DNA of 64,000 nucleotides from an uncultured Acidimicrobiia bacterium (GTDB lineage Bacteria; Actinomycetota; Acidimicrobiia; Spongiisociales; UBA5794): NCBI GenBank assembly GCA_963708235.1, contig OY970200.1, positions 847,757 to 911,756 of the forward strand, read 5' to 3'. Shown piece by piece: positions 56,944 to 64,000 of this stretch (position 1 is its first letter; each line of letters starts with the position of its first letter). The notes under the pieces were generated by a model. It saw only the letters and a program-made list of their open reading frames with translations, ran no database searches and was not told where the DNA came from. The position numbers and the translations under genes were made by a program.

Positions 56944-59589
56944 ATGACAATGAGCATGAAGAGGCCGAGCAAGAGCCTGGTCACACTCGTCGTAGCCGTC
57001 ACCCTGGCGCTCTTGGCGCCGGCGGTCGCAGGGGTTCCACAGGCCGAGGCCCAGGACCCGCCTTACGATGGCAACACGATCTCGGCGGGACTGGGCCCGA
57101 CATTCGGTGAGCCGTGGTGCGCTTCCGCCGAAGGGGAGAACGTTCCTCAGACCGCACCTCTGGCCATCATTCCCTACGCAGCGATTGCCTGCACCCTCGA
57201 TCAGTTCGAGGCCGAGGCTGCCGCCAACGGCGTCCCCGACCGGTTCGACTGGTGGTCGCTGGGCACGACGGACACCGGCCGCGATGTCTGGGCGGTTGTG
57301 GTGAATGCCACCGAGACCCGGGACCAGCAGCGCGACTTCGAGCGGTGGCGCCAGCTCAGGCGGGTCCAGCTCACCGACCCGCACCGCGCCCAGGAACTCC
57401 TTGAGGAGTGGGGCTCGGATGTCAAGATGCCCGTGTTCATCGAGGCCAACATCCACGGCGGGGAGCGCGAGGGCACCGATGCGATGATGCAGGCCATCCG
57501 TGACCTCGTCACCCTCCCCCGCGGCACCAACGCCACGGTGGACAAGTTCCTCGACAACACCATCCTCGCCATCATTCCCAGCGCCAATCCCGACGGGCGT
57601 GTCGCCGGTACGAGGGCCAACTCCAACAACTTCGACATGAACCGGGACCTCATGGTCCAGTCCCAGCCGGAGATCAGGCTCAACACGGCCTTCCAGCTCG
57701 ACTACCTGGCACCGGTGGGGTTGATGCTCCATGGCTACGTCAATCCGACCCTGGTGGACGGTCTCACCAAGCCGCACAACTTCGGGTTGGAGTACGACCT
57801 GTTCCTGAAGTGGAACCAGCCCCGACTCGACGTCAACCAGGCGGCGCTGGCGAATGTGGGTCTGGGAATCACCCGGCCGGTCAACCAGTGGAATGCTTCC
57901 GGTGGCGGCACCACCGGGAACCCGGCGATCGCCGAGGGCTGGGACGACTGGGGACCGTTCTACACCCAGACGTATGCGGCCTTCTTCGGAGTCGACGGGT
58001 CCACGTGGGAGATCTGTTCCAACACCGCCTGCGGTGGCAGGCTCGGCTCCAAGCTGTCCGCTTACATCGGCATCTACTCCTCGGTTGGGTTCTGGGTCGA
58101 CAACAAGGCCGAGATCATGTGGGACCAGTCGGAGATCCTCCGTCGCGGGGCCGATGGAGCCCCACGTCCCAACTGCTGTGACGACCCGTCCCTGCAGGCT
58201 CGCGGCTTCGACGAGGCGAACCACAACTGGATGTACGAGTACCCGGAGGCCTATGTGATCCCGTGGAATGGGGATCCGGTCCAGGGACCTGCGCCTACAA
58301 CCAGCCTGCAGCGCAGCGAGCCCGAGGCGAACCGTCTGGCCCAGTTCCTGGTCGACAACGCCGTCGAGGTGTATCGCGCCCGCGAACCATTCACCTGGAA
58401 CGGCACCACCTACCCGGCGCGCTCGTATATCGTGCCGATGGACCAGCCCTTACGGGGTCTGGCCGAGAACTTCCTCGGTCGGGGTGTCGACATCTCGGAG
58501 CGGATCACCCAGCTCTATGCGCCTCCTGGCGCCTGGAGCCACGTCCTGTGGGGCGCCGACATCGTCGAGGTGCCTGCCGGCGACGAGACCTTCAACCCGG
58601 TGACCGGCCCATTCAGCCTCAACCCGCTTGCGGGCGGCCTCCGGGGCTCGGGTCGGGTCGACTGGTATGCGTTGAAGGTCGACTCGCCGACAGCGGTGCG
58701 CACCGTGAACGGCCTGCTCGAAGCCGGTGTCACCGGTGAGGTGGCGGAAGCGCCCTTCACCACCACCCTCGGGGTGAGCATGCCGGCCGGCTCGCTGATC
58801 TTCCCGGCAAGCTCCGCAACGCAGCTCAAGGCTGCCGGGCGGGAGAACGGGCTGTGGTTCGAGGCGAGCCGCTCGACGGCCACGCCGGCCACCACCAGGC
58901 TCGACGAACCGCCGCGGATCGCGGTGCTTGCTGCGGGGACAACCAGTGACCTGTGGTTCTCGTTGCGGAGCCTCGGGTTCCAGGCCGACCACCTGGCCAC
59001 CACGGGTGGGACCGCCTCCATCAACACGGCTCCGGACGACCCGCTGCTCAACTATGACGTGATCTACAACAGCGGGTCGGGGTTCCCGACCGGCGCTGCC
59101 AACGCCACGGCGCAGGCGCGGCTCGCCGCGTTCTTCGCCAGAGGCGGCGGCTACGTGGGGTCGTTGAACAGCGGCGCCACGTTCCTGACCGGCGGCGGGC
59201 TTGTCTCGGGTCTCACGTATGCGAGCCAGACGGGAAGCGGTATCGCACGGTGGGACAACACCGGCGGCGCTGCCAGCCCGGTGACCGGGGCTCTCCCGGC
59301 GCAGGGCTACGTGTACAACCCGTCACCGATGTCCCGGCTCTCGGCGGTCCCCGCCGATGCCACCGTGGCGGGCCGTCTCGCCGGTGATCCGGACCAGGCG
59401 TTCGTGTCCGGGCTGTGGAGGAGCCGGGCCGCGGCGTTCACCGATGCGCCGATCATCGCCCACGGCAACACGACATCGGCAACCCGTTGGGCCCATTTCG
59501 CCAGCAACCCGTTCTCGCGGGCCGATGCCGAAGGCATGTGGCCGGCGGTCGGGTCGGCGATCTTCTGGTCGAACCTGACCGACGACTAG
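56944..59589 (+). CDS. Secreted M14-family zinc carboxypeptidase with a large C-terminal extension.
   Basis: Signal peptide MKRPSKSLVTLVVAVTLALLAPAVAGVPQAEA. IEANIHGGEREG is the HxxE zinc site. IIPSANPDGRV. About 880 aa. Confidence 0.75.
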   Translation: MTMSMKRPSKSLVTLVVAVTLALLAPAVAGVPQAEAQDPPYDGNTISAGLGPTFGEPWCASAEGENVPQTAPLAIIPYAAIACTLDQFEAEAAANGVPDRFDWWSLGTTDTGRDVWAVVVNATETRDQQRDFERWRQLRRVQLTDPHRAQELLEEWGSDVKMPVFIEANIHGGEREGTDAMMQAIRDLVTLPRGTNATVDKFLDNTILAIIPSANPDGRVAGTRANSNNFDMNRDLMVQSQPEIRLNTAFQLDYLAPVGLMLHGYVNPTLVDGLTKPHNFGLEYDLFLKWNQPRLDVNQAALANVGLGITRPVNQWNASGGGTTGNPAIAEGWDDWGPFYTQTYAAFFGVDGSTWEICSNTACGGRLGSKLSAYIGIYSSVGFWVDNKAEIMWDQSEILRRGADGAPRPNCCDDPSLQARGFDEANHNWMYEYPEAYVIPWNGDPVQGPAPTTSLQRSEPEANRLAQFLVDNAVEVYRAREPFTWNGTTYPARSYIVPMDQPLRGLAENFLGRGVDISERITQLYAPPGAWSHVLWGADIVEVPAGDETFNPVTGPFSLNPLAGGLRGSGRVDWYALKVDSPTAVRTVNGLLEAGVTGEVAEAPFTTTLGVSMPAGSLIFPASSATQLKAAGRENGLWFEASRSTATPATTRLDEPPRIAVLAAGTTSDLWFSLRSLGFQADHLATTGGTASINTAPDDPLLNYDVIYNSGSGFPTGAANATAQARLAAFFARGGGYVGSLNSGATFLTGGGLVSGLTYASQTGSGIARWDNTGGAASPVTGALPAQGYVYNPSPMSRLSAVPADATVAGRLAGDPDQAFVSGLWRSRAAAFTDAPIIAHGNTTSATRWAHFASNPFSRADAEGMWPAVGSAIFWSNLTDD

Positions 59590-59612
59590 TCAACGCACCA
59601 GTGGTGCTCTCG

Positions 59613-59643
59613 AGGGGGGCGGGCCTGGGGCCCGCCCCCCTCA
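59613..59643. terminator. Perfect 14-bp GC hairpin GAGGGGGGCGGGCC-tgg-GGCCCGCCCCCCTC.
   Basis: Lies 24 nt after the carboxypeptidase stop. Preceded by a second small hairpin, GCACCAGTGGTGC. Confidence 0.55.
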
Positions 59644-59701
59644 TACGTTTGTGGTTGTCCGGTTGCTGTCCAACCGACATGGTGCGTGGTAGCGTCCCCC
59701 C

Positions 59702-60217
59702 ATGTCGAGCCGTACCGACGTCAGGGGCTGGGCGTGGCTGGTCGCCGTCGGTGCGCTGGCCATGTCCGTCTCCCCGTTTCTCCCATGGGTCACCGCCTCG
59801 GTCGCCGCCGATTCCGATGAGGTCGGGTTGGAATCCGAGGACGTCGGGCGGGGCTCCGGAGGCGCCGAGACTGAGGATCCGCAGGCAGGGCGCCAGGCCA
59901 CGCAGACAGGCCGCGATGCACCCGTGTCTGCGTGGATCGCCATTGCCGCAGGGGTCGCAGGTCTGGTGGCGGCAGGCCTGATGTTGGCCGGCAACGCACC
60001 CGCAGGTGTCCGGCTGGGGGGCATCGCCGCTGCCGTGGGGGCGGTGATCGCCTGGCGCGGCTACCGCTATGCGCAAGAGCCGGACACGCTCATCTTCCTC
60101 AGGGACGATTCGCTCGTCGTGGTGGATGTGGGCGCCGGCCTGTGGCTCCTCGTGGGAGGCGCTGCCGTGGTCCTGCTGGCCTGCGTCGTGGCCGGTCTCC
60201 GGACGAGGACGCCGTAG
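59702..60217 (+). CDS. Membrane protein of unknown function.
   Basis: 4 hydrophobic segments with an acidic central loop. No family assigned. Confidence 0.4.
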   Translation: MSSRTDVRGWAWLVAVGALAMSVSPFLPWVTASVAADSDEVGLESEDVGRGSGGAETEDPQAGRQATQTGRDAPVSAWIAIAAGVAGLVAAGLMLAGNAPAGVRLGGIAAAVGAVIAWRGYRYAQEPDTLIFLRDDSLVVVDVGAGLWLLVGGAAVVLLACVVAGLRTRTP

Positions 60218-60262
60218 ACCGTCGCCAATCCGCCCGGGCGACCACAGGGACTCTCGGCATGG

Positions 60263-60937
60263 TCAGGAACGCTGCCGCCGTGACGACTTCCGACCCCAGT
60301 GCGGACGCAGCACATCGGAAAATCCCGCGGCCAGCCAGGTGGGGAGCACCGCCGGGTCCCGGCGGCGGATGGTGAGCCAGGCCGCATCGACCGCCGGCAT
60401 CGGGCGGAAGGCGGTGCGGGGAACCCGCTCGCCCAGTTCGAAGCTCCACCACGGCGCCCATGCCGCCGACCGCAGCGAGCGGGCCGGTTCCGCCGCATGT
60501 TTGCGGGCCACCTCCCACTGGAGGAGCAGGTCGGTGCGTCGAGGCCCCCTCTCGGGATCGTCGAGTAGACGACCGAGCAGCTCCGTGGTCAGCGCAAACG
60601 GTGGGCTCGCCACCACGCGATAGGTGTCCCCGGGGAGGTCGAAGTCACGCAGGTCGCCCAGCCGGAGGTCGATCCGGTCGGCATGGGGGTACCTGCCGAG
60701 GCTGCGTCGCAGATCCTGGACCATATGCGGGTCGCGCTCCACCGCAACGACATGGGCTCCGGACGCCGCCAGCGCAAGGGTGAGCGCACCCCGTCCGGGA
60801 CCGAATTCCACCACCGTCTCTCCGCGCTTCAGGTCGAGCCGCTCGATGGCTCGTTCGACAGCAGTGCGGTCAGCGAGAAGGTTCTGGCCGTAGCTGCGGC
60901 GCCGCTGATCCCGCGACGAGAGGCGTCGCCGGGCCAC
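60263..60937 (-). CDS. Erm-like 23S rRNA (adenine-N6)-methyltransferase (KsgA/Erm family).
   Basis: N-terminal RRRSYGQNLLAD (SQNFL-type motif), VVEFGPGRGALT (SAM motif), VVASPPF (N6-adenine MT motif IV). The ~224-aa length is typical of mycobacterial Erm. Confidence 0.7.
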   Translation of the reverse strand: MARRRLSSRDQRRRSYGQNLLADRTAVERAIERLDLKRGETVVEFGPGRGALTLALAASGAHVVAVERDPHMVQDLRRSLGRYPHADRIDLRLGDLRDFDLPGDTYRVVASPPFALTTELLGRLLDDPERGPRRTDLLLQWEVARKHAAEPARSLRSAAWAPWWSFELGERVPRTAFRPMPAVDAAWLTIRRRDPAVLPTWLAAGFSDVLRPHWGRKSSRRQRS

Positions 60938-61180
60938 GATGGCGCACCACGCCGATCAGGTAACTGCTCATGACGGTGGAGGATACCCCGACCCGTCGTG
61001 TCGTTCGAACGACACGCACACCGGTCCGAAGACGCCCACGACGGCATACGGCCCGACGGGATCGATGTGGACGATCCCACCGGGGGGAGCAGTCGGTCGG
61101 CCGGTCATGCGGTCTGGTCGAGGCCCGTGCGTTCAGGCATCGGGGAGGCCAGTCATCGGAGGCGCCAGGCATCGGAGTGG

Positions 61181-62218
61181 TCAGGCATGGAATGCGGCCA
61201 GGCGTGCCGCCTCGTCATCGACGGAGCGACGCACCGCTCGGGGGAGCGGCTCGAACGGCTCGACCTTGACACCGTCATCGATCCAGCGCCACGTCCCGGC
61301 CACTCGCCCGTCGACGAGGAAGGTGGGGACCGACTGCGGCATCTTCGTGTCGAAGACCAACGGCCGGAACCGTTCCGGGAGGATCTGGGTTCGCCGGGCG
61401 TGGACCAGCAGCATGGCCTCCCACTGACCGATGAACCGCACCGGTGCCGGGGTGTCGCCCGGGGGGAGTGGTGCGCGACGCAGGTCGAACAACCCGCCGC
61501 CTGCCGCATCGGTGAAGCGTCGTAGCGGCAACCGATCCAGGATCCGGTCGATGGCGGTCAGCGACAACCCGGTGAAGCTCTGGATGTCGTGTCGTGAGGC
61601 TGGGCCGAAACCACCGAGATACCGGCGCACCAGCAGGTTCTCGCCCTCCTCGACGGTACCGGTAGGGACCCCCACCCAGTCCTCGGCCAGCCCGAAGAGG
61701 TCGGCCCGGCGACGTTCCCAGGTTCCCGAGGGCGGGACCCGGACCAGATCGAGCCACATCCCGACGCCGTTCCAGGTGGCGCTGTCGATGCGCAACTCGG
61801 TGGTCAATTCGGATCGACGTCGCGGCCCCTCGGCCAGGACCCGGCGCACCGCACCGGCGGCCACCTCGACGGTTTGGTGATCGACGGTGGACCGTGCCGA
61901 CCGTATCCAGGCCCGCATCGGCTCTCGGATCGCATGGGACAGCAACCAGTAATCGCGGTGCGACACGATATGGATCGTGCCGCGCATCAAGGTCGCCTGG
62001 ATCAACGTGCGCCGCTGCAGCGCGGCCGTCAGTGCATTCCGCTCGAAGCCGGCGGCACGGGACCACAGCCCGACGTACGCCGATGGCGCGTACTGCGCCT
62101 GGATCCCGGCCATCTGTTCGACGAGGCGACCAAGGGGGCGCCGGCTGCGTTCCAAGAGGTGCTGGCGTGCCAGCACCGCACGGTTGAGCGTCAGTTCGTC
62201 GAGGATCCGGATCGCCAC
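61181..62218 (-). CDS. Winged-helix DNA-binding domain protein, AlkZ/YcaQ-like (DNA-crosslink glycosylase family).
   Basis: N-terminal LTLNRAVLARQHLL...QAQYAPSAYVGLWSR is characteristic of HTH_42/AlkZ-like proteins. Start placed at the GTG. The ORF track begins at a TTG at 62263. Confidence 0.55.
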   Translation of the reverse strand: MAIRILDELTLNRAVLARQHLLERSRRPLGRLVEQMAGIQAQYAPSAYVGLWSRAAGFERNALTAALQRRTLIQATLMRGTIHIVSHRDYWLLSHAIREPMRAWIRSARSTVDHQTVEVAAGAVRRVLAEGPRRRSELTTELRIDSATWNGVGMWLDLVRVPPSGTWERRRADLFGLAEDWVGVPTGTVEEGENLLVRRYLGGFGPASRHDIQSFTGLSLTAIDRILDRLPLRRFTDAAGGGLFDLRRAPLPPGDTPAPVRFIGQWEAMLLVHARRTQILPERFRPLVFDTKMPQSVPTFLVDGRVAGTWRWIDDGVKVEPFEPLPRAVRRSVDDEAARLAAFHA

Positions 62219-62257
62219 CGTGCGAAGTCTACGTCCGCCGGGATGTCCGGACCATGT

Positions 62258-62272
62258 CGGCAAATTTTGCCG
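62258..62272. promoter_or_regulatory. Palindrome CGGCAAAtTTTGCCG in the divergent AlkZ-like/terC promoter region.
   Basis: 7-bp arms around a single central base. An AT-rich core in GC-rich DNA. Confidence 0.3.
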
Positions 62273-62317
62273 TTCTGCGACTCGGTGTCCTCTGCGGGAC
62301 GGTAATGTCCGCCGGCG

Positions 62318-63124
62318 ATGGAATGGATCTCCGACCCCCAGATCTGGATAGCCCTGCTCACGCTCACCACCTTGGAGATCGTGCTCGGGATCGACAACAT
62401 CGTGTTCATCTCGATCCTGGCGGGCAAGCTGCCCGTGGAGCAGCAGGCAAGGGCACGCAACCTGGGTCTGGGGCTGGCGATGGGAACCCGGATCCTGTTG
62501 CTGCTGTCGATCTCGTGGGTGATCGGGCTCACCGCACCGCTGTTCGAACTCGCCGGCAACGAGTTATCGGGTAGAGACCTGATCCTGATCCTCGGTGGTC
62601 TTTTCCTGCTCGGAAAGGCGACGTTCGAGATCCACGAGAAGCTCGAGGGCGAGGATCCCCATGGCCACGGCGGGGCCGGGGTGGCCGTGGCCAGCTTCGG
62701 CAGTGTCATCGCCCAGATCCTGATCCTCGATGTGGTGTTCTCGCTCGACTCGGTGATCACCGCCGTCGGCATGTCCGATGTGATCGGGGTGATGATCGCC
62801 GCCGTGGTGATCGCCATCGGGGTGATGCTGGTGTCGGCCCGGGCCGTTTCCGAGTTCGTCAACAACCACCCGACGGTGAAGATGCTGGCGTTGAGCTTCC
62901 TGCTGCTGATCGGGATGACGCTGGTGGCCGAGGGCTGGGATCTGCACATCCCCAAGGGCTACATCTACTTCGCCATGGGGTTCTCGATCTTCGTCGAGTT
63001 CCTCAACCTGAGGGTGCGCCGCCGCAAGGTCGAGGCGTCGCCGGTCGAGTTGCGACCCACCTTCGTCAAGGACGAGGGCGCCGCCGGTGCGGTAGGGGTC
63101 GTCGTTCCCAGACCACCCCACTGA
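62318..63124 (+). CDS. TerC family integral membrane protein.
   Basis: [17 protein letters not shown] and DSVITAVGM are conserved TerC motifs. About 9 TM helices. Confidence 0.8.
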   Translation: MEWISDPQIWIALLTLTTLEIVLGIDNIVFISILAGKLPVEQQARARNLGLGLAMGTRILLLLSISWVIGLTAPLFELAGNELSGRDLILILGGLFLLGKATFEIHEKLEGEDPHGHGGAGVAVASFGSVIAQILILDVVFSLDSVITAVGMSDVIGVMIAAVVIAIGVMLVSARAVSEFVNNHPTVKMLALSFLLLIGMTLVAEGWDLHIPKGYIYFAMGFSIFVEFLNLRVRRRKVEASPVELRPTFVKDEGAAGAVGVVVPRPPH

Positions 63125-63213
63125 AGCGTGCGGTGCGCCGGCACGGCGTCACCCGCTTCGGGATGCGCGATCATCTGAGACCGTCGTCCCCCCGACCCGT
63201 CAGGAGGCTTCCC

Positions 63214-64000
63214 ATGCATGCAGTCGTCATCGAGGACTTCGGTGGTCAGCCGGTGCTCAAAGAGCTTCCCGAGCCGCCCGTCGGTCCGGGTGAGGTCCTG
63301 GTCCGCGTCGAGGCATCGTCACTGAACGGGTTCGATCTTGCGGTTGCATCTGGGCAGTTGCGCGGCGTCATGCCCCATCATTTCCCGGTAGTCCTCGGCA
63401 AGGACTTTGCCGGGGTGATTGCCGCGGTCGGACCCGATGCCCCCCGATTCGCAGTGGGCGAAGAGGTGTTCGGTGTGGTGACGAAGCCGGAACTCGGCGA
63501 CGGCGCCTTCGGTGAACTGGTGACCGTCCCCGAGGACTCGGTGATCGCCCGGTTGCCTGACGGACTCGACGAACAGGTCGCCGGTGCCATCGGGCTCGCC
63601 GGATGCACCGCCCTCGCCGTCGTCGACGCCGCAGCCGTCGGAGCAGGCGATGTGGTGCTCGTCTCCGGCGCCACCGGGGGAGTGGGGACCATCGTCACCC
63701 AACTCGCCGCCGCAGCCGGGGCCTATGTGGTGGCGACCGCACGACCCGGGGAAGAGGCCGACGTCCTCACCGTCCTCGGCGCCTCGGCGACGGTGGACCG
63801 CGATGGCGATGTCGCCGATGCGGTCCGGATGGCGTATCCGCGTCGGGTCGACGTGGTCATCCATCTGGCCGGTGACGGACGCTCCCTCGCCGGTCTGCTC
63901 CGCAACGGTGGCCGCTTCGTCTCCACGCTCGGGTTCGGCGAGAACCAGATGGGGGATCTACCGGTGGTCACCACCGTCATCTCGGCAGGCCCCGATGCCG
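63214..64000 (+). CDS. Zinc-type/MDR alcohol dehydrogenase-like quinone oxidoreductase. Partial, 3' end beyond the window.
   Basis: GEVLVRVEASSLNGFD...VLVSGATGGVGTIVTQLA (NAD(P) GxGxxG). AGGAGG ribosome-binding site 6 nt upstream. Confidence 0.75.
   Translation, partial: MHAVVIEDFGGQPVLKELPEPPVGPGEVLVRVEASSLNGFDLAVASGQLRGVMPHHFPVVLGKDFAGVIAAVGPDAPRFAVGEEVFGVVTKPELGDGAFGELVTVPEDSVIARLPDGLDEQVAGAIGLAGCTALAVVDAAAVGAGDVVLVSGATGGVGTIVTQLAAAAGAYVVATARPGEEADVLTVLGASATVDRDGDVADAVRMAYPRRVDVVIHLAGDGRSLAGLLRNGGRFVSTLGFGENQMGDLPVVTTVISAGPDA

Noticed and set aside
62264-62317. A yybP-ykoY (Mn2+) riboswitch upstream of terC.
   Set aside because: The leader is only ~55 nt, too short for the ~100-nt four-way-junction aptamer. 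No conserved GGAGAGUA core is seen.
1-64000. tRNA or rRNA genes.
   Set aside because: No cloverleaf-compatible conserved tRNA segments (GTTCGAATC-type T-arms) or rRNA-like stretches were recognised in the intergenic regions. This scan was done by eye, not by algorithm.

Overview
This window is a high-GC (~70%) stretch of actinobacterial chromosome with about 60 supportable features. An F420-dependent Ddn-like reductase and a glycosylation cluster resembling mycobacterial cell-envelope pathways point to that lineage. Most genes are housekeeping or accessory metabolism: carbamate kinase, glutaminase, beta-carbonic anhydrase, AbgT next to a leucyl aminopeptidase, a CDF metal exporter, HrpA helicase, a modABC operon with its regulator, an ABC transporter with a two-component system, TerC, an Erm-like rRNA methyltransferase, and several secreted M28 and M14 peptidases. 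The strongest candidate for something new is a stand-alone 518-aa protein at 22712-24268 (minus strand). It has a Thoeris ThsA-type SIR2 NADase domain fused to what looks like a GAF-type ligand-binding domain rather than a SLOG domain. No TIR or cyclase partner lies nearby, and a 25-nt poly-G tract sits immediately 3' of it. Other notable items are a 1382-aa multidomain giant protein (lectin-like N-terminus, Gly-rich and collagen-like repeats, two Ig-like domains, and an unknown C-terminal domain with a Cys/His pair); a family of GC-rich MITE/REP-like repeats with inverted-repeat ends (a tandem array plus dispersed copies); a six-gene translationally coupled glycan/glycolipid cluster; and a DUF2235 (Tle1-like) hydrolase flanked by small ORFs. 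At least six genes carry apparent single-base +1 frameshifts, which points to indel sequencing errors or pseudogenisation. All product calls rest on motif-level reading of the supplied six-frame translations. No database searches were run. Coordinates for features read from the DNA rather than from the ORF track are accurate to about 2 nt.
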